From: Macrostomum hystrix
Lineage: Eukaryota; Animalia; Platyhelminthes
NCBI GenBank assembly: GCA_950097015.1
Contig: CATNEN010000001.1
Span: forward strand, 1,054,001 to 1,118,000
Direction of reading: 5' to 3'
Length of the DNA: 64,000 nt
Both the position numbers and the translations under genes were made by a program. The notes beneath the pieces are model-generated. The model made no database searches. It was not told the origin of the DNA and saw nothing but the letters and a program-made list of their open reading frames with translations. Below are positions 10,275 through 23,515 of the stretch, in pieces (position 1 is the first letter of the stretch; each line of letters opens with the position of its first letter).

Positions 10275-12098
10275 GGATGAGCTGTTAGACACAGGGGAGA
10301 TAGGATAGGTATGAGCTGTTTGACACAGTGGAGTGAGAATAGGGATGAGCTGTTAGACATAGGGGAGAGAGGATAGGGATGAGCTGTTAGACACTGTGAA
10401 GAGAGGACATGGATAAGCTGTTAGACGCTGTGGAGAGAGGATAGGGATGAGCTGTTAGACACTGTGAAGAGAGGATAGGGATGAGCTGTTAGACCCAGGG
10501 GAGAGAGGATAGGGATGAGCTGTTTGACACAGTGGAGTGAGAATAGGGATGAGCTGTTAGACACGGGAAAGAGGATAGGGATGAGCTGTTTGACACAGTG
10601 GAGTGAGAATAGGGATGAGCTGTTAGACACGGGAAAGAGGATAGGGATGAGCTGTTAGACACGGGAAAGAGGATAGGGATGAGCTGTTTGACACAGTGGA
10701 GTGAGAATAGGGATGAGCTGTTAGACACGGGAAAGAGGATAGGGATGAGCTGTTAGACACGGGAAAGAGGATAGGGATGAGCTGTTAGACACTGTGAAGA
10801 GAGGATAGGGGTGAGATGTTAGACGCTGTGGAGAGAGGATAGGGATGAGCTGTTAGACACTGGGGAGAGAGGATAGGGATGAGCTGTTAGACACTGTGAA
10901 GAGAGGATAGGGGTGAGCTGTTTGACACTGTGGAGAGAGGATAGGGATGAGCTGTTAGACACAGGGAAGACAGGATAGGGATGAGCTGTTAGACACTGTG
11001 GAGTGAGGATAGGGATGAGCTGTTAGACACTGTGGAGTGAGGATAGGGGTGAGCTGTTAGACACTGTGGAGTGAGGATAGGGGTGAGCTGTTAGACACTG
11101 TGGAGTGAGGATAGGGGTGAGCTGTTTGACACAGGGGAGAGAGGATAGGGATGAGCTGTTAGACACTGTGGAGTGAGGATAGGGATGAGCTGTTAGACAC
11201 TGTGGAGTGAGGATAGGGGTGAGCTGTTAGACACTGTGGAGTGAGGATAGGGGTGAGCTGTTTGACACAGGGGAGAGAGGATAGGGATGAGCTGTTAGAC
11301 ACTGTGAAGAGAGGATAGGGATGAGCTGTTAGACACAGGGGAGAGAGGATAGGGATGAGCTGTTAGACACTGTGAAGAGAGGATATGGATAAGCTGTTAG
11401 ACGCTGTGGAGAGAGGATAGGGATGAGCTGTTAGACACAGGGGAGAGAGGATAGGGATGAGCTGTTAGACACTGTGAAGAGAGGATAGGGATGAGCTGTT
11501 AGACACAGGCGAGAGAGGATAAGGATGAGCTGTTTGACACTGGGGAGAGAGGATAGGGATGAGCTGTTAGACACAGGGGAGAGAGGATAGGGATGAGCTG
11601 TTAGACACTGTGAAGAGAGGATATGGATAAGCTGTTAGACGCTGTGGAGAGAGGATAGGGATGAGCTGTTAGACACAGGGGAGAGAGGATAGGGATGAGC
11701 TGTTAGACACTGTGAAGAGAGGATATGGATAAGCTGTTAGACGCTGTGGAGAGAGGATAGGGATGAGCTGTTAGACACAGGGGAGAGAGGATAGGGATAA
11801 GCTGTTAGACACAGGGGAGAGAGGATATGGATAAGCTGTTAGACGCTGTGGAGAGAGGATAGGGATGAGCTGTTTGACACTGTGAAGAGAGGATAGGGAT
11901 GAGCTGTTAGACACAGGCGAGAGAGGATAAGGATGAGCTGTTTGACACTGGGGAGAGAGGATAGGATGAACTGTTTGACACTGGGGAGAGAGGATAGGGA
12001 TGAGCTGTTAGACACAGTGGAGTGAGGATAGGGATGAGCTGTTAGACACTGTGGAGTGAGGATAGGGGTGAGCTGTTTGACACAGGCGAGAGAGGATA
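10275..12098. repeat. About 34-bp minisatellite (GAGCTGTTAGACACTGTGAAGAGAGGATAGGGAT)
   Basis: Directly visible tandem array with variant units. Confidence 0.95.
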
Positions 12099-12694
12099 GA
12101 GTAGAGAGATGACAGTAGATGAGATGACACATACGTAGAAAAAATGGCGATTATCGGCAATCGATTTGGTGTGAAAGTACGAGTATATAAAGAAGTTAAT
12201 GATGTAGAATGACCTACACTTTGGCAGAATATACGGGTAGGAACGAGAAATATCATAATCTGCCTTAGCTTATAACAATCCAATAGTTTAGATGAAAATA
12301 AAAAACTCTAAAGCAATATGTCTGTCTGTCCGTCCAGGAAATCATTGCAGTTAAATAAGCTTTTGCATGATATGTCTCATTCCACAGATAATCCTGCAGC
12401 TTAGTACATTTTGAGTACATTCACGCTAAATTCTAAGCTTTCCATAAGCCATCAGATGGATAGATTAGTACAAAAAATATTAACTCACTTGTGAATTATA
12501 AGTGCGTATTGCCACGACATCGTTTTTATTGATTGCCAATCGATTTTCGATTGCTGGTAAATGATGGTACCAGTCTAAATCCTTCACATTAAAAGTTAGC
12601 TAATGAACTCATCAGTTATAATCTCACCTTGTAGAAATAGCGTTAGATAAAGAAACCAAATGGAGGAGGGTCAGAATGAACAGTACATGGTCAG

Positions 12695-12980
12695 ATAGAA
12701 CGGAGGAGGGTGAGTAAGAACGGTGAGGGGAGAAGAACGGGGAGGGTCGGTGAGAAAGAACGATGGGGGAGAAGAACGGGGAGGTTGAGAAAGAATGGTG
12801 TAAGAGAAGAACGGGGGAGGGTGAGAAAGAACGGTGTGGGTGAAGAACGGGGAGGGTGAGAAAGAACGGTATGGGAGAAGAACGGGGAGGGTGAGAAAGA
12901 ACGGGTAGGGTAAGAAAGAACGGTGTGGGAGAAGAACGGTGGGGGAGAAGAACAGGGGAGGGTAAGAAAGAACGGTGTGT
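12695..12980. repeat. Degenerate GA-rich minisatellite (about 19-20 bp, GAGAAGAACGGGGAGGGT)
   Basis: Recurrent AAGAACGG core. Confidence 0.8.
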
Positions 12981-13630
12981 GGGAATGAATTTCAGAGGGT
13001 TAGAAAGGATGTCAAATGGTAAGAAATAGGAGCAGAGTGAAATGATCAAACATAAAAAACTGTGCCTAACAGGTTTTATATAATAAATCAGTAGATGTCA
13101 AAAGAGAGGAAAGAAATGTTCAAATAAAACTGCATTAAAATTGCACGCTACTAGAAGCTCAGAGTAAACCAACATACCTCGCTTAAAATGCATGCATAAA
13201 ATATTCTGGTTTAGGGTCTGTGGAGATAGGAGCGATAAAATATGACAAAAAAACTGGAAAATTTGAGCAGGAAAACAAATTAGTGCCACTCAAAGAGAAT
13301 CCATATCGAGCTTCGCAGAAGCTTTCGTGTAGCAAAACCAACACCATCAGTTTTTGTAAGTTGTAGGCCTTTTTTCAACATCAGCTCGGCAGTGCTGGCA
13401 CCCAATGATCCCGCGAGGAATTCCCATGGGAATTCCCCCGAATTCCGCCACTGTGAACTAGAGTAGTTCGTCTCATGATTTTTTCATCCATTCTGTTGAG
13501 TTCGCTCAGTTTTGCATAGCGCGCACTCAGCTCATACTAACCCATGCTGTGTGTAGGCATATCAGCTGAGCAACGACTAGAAAGTTAGAAATTGGGAGAG
13601 TGATGAAAGGGAATTTAATCCGTGGGCGCT

Positions 13631-13969
13631 TCTCAATTGGTTCTTTGAATTCTGATGGCCTTGATGGTGTGCTGATGTGTCTGTGTTGTCAGACGGTCTG
13701 ACATTTGTGGGCTGAGTTAAACAAATCAGCTGGGGACTCTGTGTGAGCATCGCCTGAGCACTCAGTCACTCAGTCTCGGGTCTAAAAGTTACTAGTCTCA
13801 ATTGGTTCTTTGAATTCTGATGGCCTTGATGGTGTGCTGATGTGTCTGTGTTGTCAGACGGTCTAACATTTGTGGGCTGAGTTAAACAAATCAGCTGGGG
13901 ACTCTGTGTGAGCATCGCCTGAGCACTCAGTCACTCAGTCTCGGGTCTAAAAGTTACTAGTCTCAATTG
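13631..13969. repeat. 165-bp tandem duplication
   Basis: TCTCAATTGGTTCTTTGAATTC... begins at 13631 and 13796, and TCTCAATTG recurs at 13961. Confidence 0.95.
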
Positions 13970-14089
13970 TCATTTGGGATGAAACATTCTTAATGATATT
14001 AAAGAGATAAGGATTAGGGGGGAATTAGGATTTTTGTAGATCCGGTTTAAGGTTTAGAGGGTTTGGTTAGGATTTTCGGGGATTTGGTT

Positions 14090-16396
14090 AGGATTATAGA
14101 TGGACTGGGTTCAGGATTATAGATGGATTGGGTTCAGGATTATAGATGGACTGGGCTCAGGATTATAGATGGACTGGGTTCAGGATTATAGATGGACTGG
14201 GTTCAGGATTATAGATGGACTGGGTTCAGGATTATAGATGGACTGGGTTCAGGATTATAGATGGACTGGGTTCAGGATTATAGATGGACTGGGTTCAGGA
14301 TTATAGATGGACTGGGTTCAGGATTATAGATGGATTGGGTTCAGGATTATAGATGGACTGGGTTCAGGATTATAGATGGGCTGGGTTCAGGATTATAGAT
14401 GGATTGGGTTCAGGATTATAGATGGATTGGGTTCAGGATTATAGATGGATTGGGTTCAGGATTATAGTTGGACTGGGCTCAGGATTATAGATGGATTGGG
14501 TTCAGGATTATAGATGGATTGGGTTTAGGATTATAGATGGATTGGGTTCAGGATTATAGATGGACTGGGTTCAGGATTATAGATGGACTGGGCTCAGGAT
14601 TATAGATGGACTGGGTTCAGGATTATAGATGGATTGGGTTCAGGATTATAGATGGATTGGGTTCAGGATTATAGATGGATTAGGTTTAGGATTATAGATG
14701 GATTAGGTTTAGGATTATAGATGGATTAGGTTTAGGATTATAGATGGATTAGGTTTAGGATTATAGATGGATTAGGTTTAGGATTATAGATGGATTAGGT
14801 TTAGGATTATAGATGGATTAGGTTCAGGATTATAGATGGACTGGGTTCAGGATTATAGATGGATTGGGTTCAGGATTATAGTTGGACTGGGCTCAGGATT
14901 ATAGATGGATTGGGTTCAGGATTATAGATGGATTGGGTTTAGGATTATAGATGGATTGGGTTCAGGATTATAGATGGACTGGGTTCAGGATTATAGATGG
15001 ACTGGGTTCAGGATTATAGATGGACTGGGTTCAGGATTATAGATGGATTGGGTTCAGGATTATAGATGGATTGGGCTCAGGATTATAGATGGACTGGGTT
15101 CAGGATTATAGATGGATTGGGTTCAGGATTATAGATGGATTGGGTTCAGGATTATAGATGGACTGGGTTCAGGATTATAGATGGATTGGGTTCAGGATTA
15201 TAGATGGATTGGGTTCAGGATTATAGATGGACTGAGCTCAGGATTATAGATGGACTGGGTTCAGGATTATAGATGGATTGGGTTCAGGATTATAGATGGA
15301 TTGGGCTCAGGATTATAGATGGACTGGGTTCAGGATTATAGATGGATTGGGTTCAGGATTATAGATGGACTGGGTTCAGGATTATAGATGGATTGGGTTC
15401 AGGATTATAGATGGACTGGGTTCAGGATTATAGATGGATTGGGTTCAGGATTATAGATGGATTGGGCTCAGGATTATAGATGGATTGGGTTCAGGATTAT
15501 AGATGGATTGGGTTCAGGATTATAGATGGACTGGGCTCAGGATTATAGATGGATTGGGTTCAGGATTATAGATGGATTGGGCTCAGGATTATAGATGGAT
15601 TGGGCTCAGGATTATAGATGGATTGGGTTCAGGATTATAGATGGATTAGGTTTAGGATTATAGATGGATTAGGTTCAGGATTATAGATGGACTGGGTTCA
15701 GGATTATAGATGGACTGGGTTCAGGATTATAGATGGACTGGGCTCAGGATTATAGATGGATTGGGTTCAGGATTATAGATGGATTGGTTTCAGGATTATA
15801 GATGGATTGGGTTTAGGATTATAGATGCATTAGGTTCAGGATTATAGATGCATTAGGTTCAGGATTATAGATGCATTAGGTTCAGGATTATAGATGGATT
15901 GGGTTCAGGATTATAGATGGACTGGGTTCAGGATTATAGTTGGATTGGGTTCAGGATTATAGATGGATTGGGTTCAGGATTATAGATGGATTGGGTTCAG
16001 GATTATAGATGGATTGGGTTCAGGATTATAGTTGGACTGGGCTCAGGATTATAGATGGACTGGGTTCAGGATTATAGATGGACTGGGTTCAGGATTATAG
16101 ATGGATTGGGTTCAGGATTATAGTTGGATTGGGTTCAGGATTATAGTTGGATTGGGTTCAGGATTATAGATGGATTGGGTTCAGGATTATAGATGGATTG
16201 GGTTCAGGATTATAGTTGGATTGGGTTCAGGATTATAGATGCATTAGGTTCAGGATTATAGATGGATTAGGTTCAGGATTATAGATGGATTGGGTTCAGG
16301 ATTATAGTTGGATTGGGTTAGGATTATAGTTGGATTGGGTTCAGGATTATAGATGGATTGGGTTCAGGATTATAGATGGATTGGGTTAGGATTATA
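14090..16396. repeat. 23-bp minisatellite (GGATTATAGATGGACTGGGTTCA), about 100 copies
   Basis: Directly visible. Confidence 0.97.
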
Positions 16397-16936
16397 TTAA
16401 TATTACGAGCTAATTTCGGATTTAGGCTTGGTTATTTAAGGATTTAGTGTTAGTATATTATGGAATAGGAATTTCTTGGTGATTTGTTAGCGATCAGTCG
16501 ATTGTCATTTGGAAGTTGACTACCAGACTGTTCAAATAAATAAAAAACCTTTTTTCTGATTTTTAAGCTTTAAAGAAAAATTCAGAGCAATGTCCCTCTG
16601 ATCAAATCGCTTATGTTTGAATCGGTAAATATTTATGTAGGCCGATGTTAAGCATGTTTAAGATCGGCTACCTAGATTGCCGCATTGCATTGCACGTAGC
16701 TTATTTGTGTCTAGGGCGCCTTTAAGGTTGAAGTCCAGGAGAAAGTATTAAAAACTAAGTATTAGGATAGCATTGTACCTTGAGTCGCACGGGTCAGAAA
16801 CGTGCAGCAGCGTGAAAGAAATCGGCTCTCCCGGTGTCCCTTAGGTAAAAGCAGAGGAGTTCTGGACACTGGACACAGAGATTAAGTGTCAAGCATTTTT
16901 GCTGGCGGACAAGGATACAGCTATCGTAGTACTTTA

Positions 16937-17240
16937 ATTGCAATTATAATTGATTACACCTGCCCCAATCGGGCCAGATGTGCAGCCGACAGCACAGCCG
17001 CAGCTATTGCGCGGCGCATCTGAAGGCTGCGTACAGCTGTTCAGTCCATGGACTGGGGGGACGCCACACCCACCTTCAATTACCCCAGCTGATGCTGGTA
17101 CCCATTTAACAGCTGGGTGAACTGAAGCAATACAGAGTTAAGTGTCTTGCTAAAGGACACAAATTGTTTCAGTGGAGTCAGGAATCGAACCCCCGACCTT
17201 CAAGTCGTTAGTCCGACGCCCTAACCACTAGGCTACAACC
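16937..17240 (-). mobile_element. tRNA-headed CORE-type SINE
   Basis: The minus strand starts GGTTGTAGCCTAGTGGTTAGGGCGTCGG...GGTTCGATTCC (A and B boxes), then TGTGTCCTTTAGCAAGACACTTAACTCTG..CTTCAGTTCACCCAGCTGTTAAATGGGTACC, similar to the CORE domain. Possible TSD CGTAGTACTT/CGTCGTACTT. Fragments of its 3' part recur near 31725 and 43097. Confidence 0.8.
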
Positions 17241-17367
17241 TCTACCTCTACGTCGTACTTGGTCCTGAAGGTAGCGATGACCAGAAACATACTGGCCGCT
17301 CTGAGGTCTCTGCTATTGAGCTTCCTGAATGGCAGATTTCTCTACCACAATATGGTGAGAGGCTTTA

Positions 17368-17698
17368 TCAATAATAACATTAATAATAATAATAATTGCA
17401 GGAGGCCTGCGGGCAATGGCACATCATTTAGTGACACTAGACCGGCAGCCAGCGAGGAGACAATTCTGCCCATTTCGCTGACTGATACTGTACGCAGACA
17501 CACGCTCACACAGGTGTGTACATCTGCCCTGACTTTCTCGTCATCAAGTAGTGTACACTTAGAAATTGCACAGTGAAATCGCACGACATGCCCCTAAGCC
17601 TTCTCTCCACGGCTGCGCCCCGAATGATTGGGGCCTCACCGCTGAGTCGAGCTCAGGGAACTTGGTGCGAGAGGCGAATGCTCTGCCACTTACCCCTG
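17368..17698 (-). mobile_element. SINE family B, copy 1 (tRNA-like head, (TTA)n tail)
   Basis: Homologous to 30260-30551 and 46688-46900 (shared GTGACACTAGACC.GC.GCCAGCGAGGAG.CAAT, GGTGTGTACATCTGCCCTGACTTTCTC and TCGAGCTCAGGGA). The (TAA)n tail is on the + strand at about 17370-17397. Confidence 0.8.
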
Positions 17699-18219
17699 AG
17701 TCTTGATCCAACGACTGAGGTGTGGGCGCGTCGCCCTCTCGCCTCGAAGGCTCTCTGTTGAAGGCCTCAAACAGCGAATTGTCGATGTCTCCCTCGATGT
17801 CCCAGAAGGCCGAAAGAGCAATAAATCTTGCGTCCTTCAGCGCTTCGCTCCGCGCAAGAACACCGGGTCTGGCCCGGCTTTGAGTCGTAGCTTGCACTTT
17901 ATAACTTGTCAATTTTCTACCGTCTTCATTAGTTCTGAAGTACCTGAATATTCTTAAACTGCGTCGAGCAAGGCGCTTTTTAAAGGTAAATATAGAAATC
18001 AATACATCAAGCCTTCAAAAGTAAAGCTTTCAATCGATTTTTTTCCTAGTGGATTGAACTGGGAAATGGCTATACGAGCGACCATGCTCATGTGCTAAAT
18101 GTTGCTAAAAAGTGCGTATATCATTGGAGTACGATTAACTTTTTTCTGCTTTTACAAAATTCTATTTATTTGCTCGTGTTTAACATCACTTAGTGATGCG
18201 AGACGGAAACTGGCCAAAG

Positions 18220-18724
18220 GTAGACACTAACTAAAAACTTATTAAACTTGTTAGACACTAACTAAAAACTTTTTAGACACTAACTAAAAACCTGTAAGAC
18301 ACTATCTAAAGACCTGTTAGACACAAGCTAAAGATTTGTTAGAAAAAGCTAAAGACCTGTTAGACAAAAGCTAAAGACCTGTTAGACACAAGCTAAAGAC
18401 CTGTTAGACACAAGCTAAAGACCTGTTAGACACAAGCTAAAGACCTGTTAGACACAAGCTAAAGACCTGTTAGACACAAGCTAAAGACCTGTTAGACAAA
18501 AGCTAAAGACCTGTTAGACACAAGCTAAAGACCTGTTAGACAAAAGCTAAAGACCTGTTAGACACAAGCTAAAGACCTGTTAGACACAAGCTAAAGACCT
18601 GTTAGACACAAGCTAAAGACCTGTTAGACACAAGCTAAAGACTTGTTAGACACAAGCTAAAGACCTGTTAGACACAAGCTAAAGACCGTTAGACACAAGC
18701 TAAATACCTGTTAGACACAAGCTA
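18220..18724. repeat. 22-bp minisatellite (GACCTGTTAGACACAAGCTAAA)
   Basis: Directly visible. It may lie in a 5'UTR intron of the channel gene (candidate donor AAG|GTAAAT at 17985/17986, acceptor CCTTACAG ending 19182). Confidence 0.95.
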
Positions 18725-19315
18725 GCTCGTAAATGCCTGTAGGACACCAGTTTGTCACCTGTTAACATGGTCTAAAATGGATAATCGATCTGCTAGAAAT
18801 GATGCCTGCGCATGTGTTTTTTCCAACCGCTAACTGTGTAACTTGTCAATCAGACAAGCAGTTCCTCATAGAAAAGGCACACAGGGAAGGAGATTGGCTG
18901 GTACTAAGCGGGAGGCTTCTAAGCGCAAGTGGAGGTCATTCCTGCTTTTGCTTAGTCTTAACTAACTGGTAGCAACAACTACCCTGGAGCTTGCTACCCG
19001 GTACCAATCTCGCAGCACTGACAAGTCGAAATCCCCCAATAAATCCTCAATGCCTTATTCTTAGATCCCAATCCCTTAAGCAGTGGACCATACTGGCTAA
19101 GGCGATAGGGATTTATGCATGCTGTCTACTGACCAATCAGGACTGTTCTGGGTGGGAAGGCCAACCCTAAATCTCCTTACAGCTGTGCAAGCGCATGCGG
19201 GTTACTGTCCGGTGATAAAACAGTACTGAGACGTTTCTTCTGTTGAGGGCGGGGATTTGGAGAGGCCACGCAGAGCTGACGCAGTTGTTGATCTTTCTGA
19301 CATTACTACAGCGCC

Positions 19316-21110
19316 ATGAAGAACACGCTGCAGTTGATTCGCTGTAACAATTTGATGGCGGCTGCTATGGCCCCAGGACTCGGGCCTTGCGCAACCAGCT
19401 TGGGTCTCAACAGCCTTTCTCAGCAGCAACAGCAGCAGCAGCAGTCGTCCCAAGACCAGCAGATGACGAATCAGGGCTCGGCAGACAGCGGCAGTCGAAT
19501 ACCTCGACGCCGCGAAGTGATGCTTCGTGGCTACATCAATAACTTCACCAGCGGCACTACCGCACACGGCCTGAATCGGGTCAACGCCGAGCAGAGCTGG
19601 GTCCGCATGGTGTGGGTGGGCATCGTGTTGGCGGCATCATTTGGTGCCATCGTTCACACTACAAAACAGGTGAAAACCTACCTGCAGTATCCAGTTAGCA
19701 GTACAAATCGTCAGGAGCCGAATTCATTTGAATTTCCCGACCTGACATTCTGCGATCCGTTGAACAAGCGCTTCTTTCACAAACCGATGACTTCTTACGC
19801 TCGCGAGGTTGGCATGCTGGACGAGACGGAGCTACTCTACGGCCTGGTCTACAGCCACTTCCGCACCGAGTCCGACTGGCGAAAGGAGCGTCGGGCCATC
19901 GAGCTTATTTACAACGCTCTGGAACACGTGCTGAACATCACGAATGTCAACATTCGACCGATGGACGTTGTGCTCTATTGTACATTCGACGGTGAGCCGT
20001 GCTCTCACCACGACTTCCAGGTGTTCTACCACAGATTATACACTAATTGTTTCACCTTCAAGCCGAGCCAACGCAGCCTTCGCAGCAGCGGCATGGATCG
20101 CGGCCTTTTCCTGCTGCTCTACGTGCCATCGGCCGATATCAACTTGAAGTTGGACGTCCTGGCTAGACTAGCCTCCGGCCTTGAGAACAATGGCATCCGG
20201 TTTCAGATTCATCAGCGCGACACCATTCCCCACCCGCTCGAGTACGGCATCATGGCGCCGACGGGCACGCTGACAGCCGTCGGCCTGGAGCAGATGCGAA
20301 CCTCCCTGGCCGACACGCCGACGCACCCGTGCATCCGGGATACGAAACTGCGCCTATTCGATAACCAATTCGACTTCATGCGACAGTACGACAGGCAGTT
20401 GTTCGACTGTATCAAGCACGAATACCTGATGGAGGTTAGCGAACAGTGCGGATGCACTTTGGAGAGCCACGTTATTGCCAAGCCCGGCTTCGATCCAGGC
20501 GGTGTGGCGTTCTGCCACGACCTCATCAACGCCAAGAATACCAGTCGGGTTCGCCAACTAACTGCTCTGTACCACGAACTGCGCAATGGGACCAAGCCAA
20601 GAAATCTAGCAGATCACATTCGCCTGGGACTGCTAATGCGACAGAGAGACGCCGGATTGAACGCCTCCCTGGACAGGATGCTCTGCTCGGACAGCGTCTC
20701 CGAGAGCGCCGCTCGCCCCGAGCTCTGCTACGACTCGTGCAACTACAACAAGTACGAGTACAGCCTGTCCCAATGCCCCTGGCCCGAGGACTCTTTCGAG
20801 GTGCGCAATTCGCAGATCCAGATGGTCAAGATAGCCCAGATGCTGGAAGATTACCGACAGACTCACGAAAATGCTTCGCCAGTGACTGCTCTGGTGCAAA
20901 TGATGCAGAAAAGCAGACTCAATACTAGCAGTTGCTTGACGCACAACACCCAAGATATGAAGGTGCCAGATAAGGCTGAGTGCCAACGGGTGCAGCTCTA
21001 TGTGCGCCGTTCAGTAGTACAGCTGCGAGTCTATCCTGAGACACTCACGGTTAGGCACACGATCGAGGAGAGAAGCTATGAACTGGTCAATCTCTGCTCA
21101 GAGCTCGGAG
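19316..21110 (+). CDS. DEG/ENaC family amiloride-sensitive-type Na+ channel, coding exon 1
   Basis: HG motif TTAHGLNRV, TM1 (MVWVGIVLAASFGAIV), YLQYPV, FPDLTFC, CTFDGEPC, NCFTF, Cys-rich thumb, ending SELG-G. Donor G|GTGAGA at 21110/21111 (phase 1). The start codon could be a later Met. Confidence 0.95.
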
Positions 21111-21214
21111 GTGAGAACCACAATTTTCTGCGCTGCACTGGGAATTTATTGAAATTGCTCAGATTCAAAATTTTTTGAGATAGTTTTAGAGTCTGTTGGA
21201 AATGGGGTGGTGTT

Positions 21215-22040
21215 CTACAGAGTGCAGGAGACGGTGTGGGTGCAATAGGGAGTGCAGTAGGTGGGTGGGGTGTTCTAGAGTGCGTTGGAGGTGTGTGGGT
21301 GCTGTAGAAAGTACAGAAAGTGGGGTGAGTGTTATAGAGTGCAGGAGCTGGGGTGGGTGTGATGGAGAGTGCAGGAGATGGGGTGGGTGTTTAAAAGAGT
21401 GCAGAAGGTGAGGTGGGTGTGATAGATGCAGTAGGTGTCGTGGGTGTTCTAGAGGGTCCAGGAGGTGGGGTGGGTGTTCTGGAGAGTGCAGGAGATGGAG
21501 TGGGTGTTATTGAGAGTGCAGGATATGGGGTGGGTGTTCTAGAGAGTGTAGGATATGGGGTGGGTGTTCTAGAGAGTGCAGGACATGGGGTGGGTGTTCT
21601 AGAGAGTGCAGGACATGGGGTGGGTGTTAGAGAGTGCAGGATATGGGGTGGGTGTTATAGAGAGTGCAGGATATGGGTGGGTGTTATAGAGAGTGCAGGA
21701 TATGGGGTGGGTGTTCCAGAGAGTGCAGGATATGGGGTGGGTGTTCTAGAGAGTGCAGGATATGGGGTGGGTGTTCTAGAGAGTGCAGGATATGGGGTGG
21801 GTGTTATAGAGAGTGTGCAGGATATGGGGTGGGTGTTATAGAGAGTGCAGGATATGGGGTGGGTGTTAGAGAGTGCAGGATATGGGGTGGGTGTTATAGA
21901 GAGTGTAGGATATGGGGTGGGTGTTATAGAGAGTGCAGGATATGGGGTGGGTGTTATAGAGAGTGCAGGATATGGGGTGGGTGTTCCAGAGAGTGCAGGA
22001 TATGGGGTGGGTGTTCTAAATTGCATTGTAGGTGGGGTGG
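21215..22040. repeat. 30-bp minisatellite (GAGAGTGCAGGATATGGGGTGGGTGTTATA), intronic
   Basis: Directly visible; its 5' part is degenerate. Confidence 0.95.
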
Positions 22041-22909
22041 GTGATCTAAAGAGATTAGATCTGGGAGTTTAGGTTGGGTTGCTTTCAGATTTCTGTGTTT
22101 AACTGTATAATTGGGTTGTTCAATTGAATCCAGATTTCCCAGCTTTTTTCAAACAGATCTTCATCTTTTCTGTCACGCAAAAAGTCATAGAATAAAAGAA
22201 ACGAGATTTTGTTAATCTTAATTAATTTAGTGAAGTTTCAAGATGCACTTTGTAGTGATGATGGCGTAATTTAATATTATTTTGCACCAATGAGTAACTG
22301 CAAAAACAAGACGGATGAGTGGTTTCAAAGGAGTAGAAGATAGATATTTTCAGCTGAATTTTTTGTTGAATTCCGATATGTCCAGTCCAGAACCAGTCCC
22401 CTGGGGGTTCTGGCTGTGTCACTGGCCGTGGATGATTGGCAGCCCACGGAGAGGTTGAGCAGGGCATTGCTATAGAATCCATGAGTCCTAAGTCACGTTT
22501 CAGTTGCCAAGTAATTTTTATAGATATGTCTGTGTGTGTGTGTCTTATACTCCCGTTTGCTACTGCCGCCGCCGCTGCTGCCGCTGCTGCTGATTAGAAA
22601 GTGACAGGGGGAGTATGTGAGGCTAAAATCAGTTACTCACAGTTGAGTGAATCGGGTCCACTTTGTGCTTGCATTTCACTTTCTGCCAAAGTGACTGGCT
22701 GTCATTCTTTCTACTACTGTAAAAGTATTCGTAAAAAATGTCTTCCTTTTTAAATGTTAATATCGGATGCCTCCCAATATAACACGCTTCCTGCACTTCA
22801 TATAGCCCTCTTGATCACTCTTGATCGCTTTCCTGTCATTTAGATTGACAAGTCTCTTGCTTACAGCTGCTTCGACTGACGTATTTCCTAGACTCCGCTT
22901 CTGACTAAT

Positions 22910-23515
22910 CCTTGGACTCACACCTGACTCACTCCTTGGACTCACACCTGACTCACTCCTTGGACTCACACCTGACTCACTCCTTGGACTCACACCTGAC
23001 TCACTCCTTGGACTCACACCTGACTCACTCCTTGGACTCTTTCCTAGACTCACCTCCTGGACTGTCACCTATTTTACTCTCACCCTTAGACTCTCACCCC
23101 TTAGATTCTTATCCCTTAGATTCTCACCCCTTAGACTCCCACCCCTTAGATTCTTATCCCTTAGACTCTCACCCCTTAGATTCTTATCCCTTAGACTCTC
23201 ACCCCTTAGATTCTTATCCCTTAGACTCTCACCCCTTAGATTCTTATCCCTTAGACTCTCACCCCTTAGATTCTTATCCCTTAGACTCTCACCCCTTAGA
23301 TTCTTATTCCTTAGATTCTCACCCCTTAGACTCTCACCCCTTAGATTCTTATCCCTTAGACTCTCACCCCTTTGACTCTCACCCCTTAGACTCTCACTCC
23401 TTAGACTCTCACCCCTTAGATTCTTATCACTTAGACTCTCACCTTTAAAGTCTGACCCCTTAAACTCACCCGAGACTCTCACTCTCAGACTCTCAAGCCT
23501 TAGACTCTCACTCCC
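22910..23515. repeat. Adjacent 24-bp (CTTGGACTCACACCTGACTCACTC) and 15-bp (TTAGACTCTCACCCC) arrays
   Basis: Directly visible. Confidence 0.93.

Noticed and set aside
14640-14830. TTAGG-containing units suggesting telomeric repeats
   Set aside because: They are point variants of the 23-bp unit, not tandem TTAGGG/TTAGG runs.
17170-17240. tRNA-like sequence on the minus strand
   Set aside because: It has A/B boxes but no convincing acceptor stem and continues into a CORE-like body, so it is a SINE head rather than a tRNA gene.
17559-18002. 147-aa minus-strand ORF upstream of the channel gene
   Set aside because: It has no recognisable domain and runs into SINE family B sequence, so it cannot be supported as a gene.
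21111-21178. End of the 620-aa single-exon ORF as the true channel C-terminus
   Set aside because: It lacks TM2. A canonical donor at 21111 and an in-phase acceptor at 31901 restore the conserved TM2.
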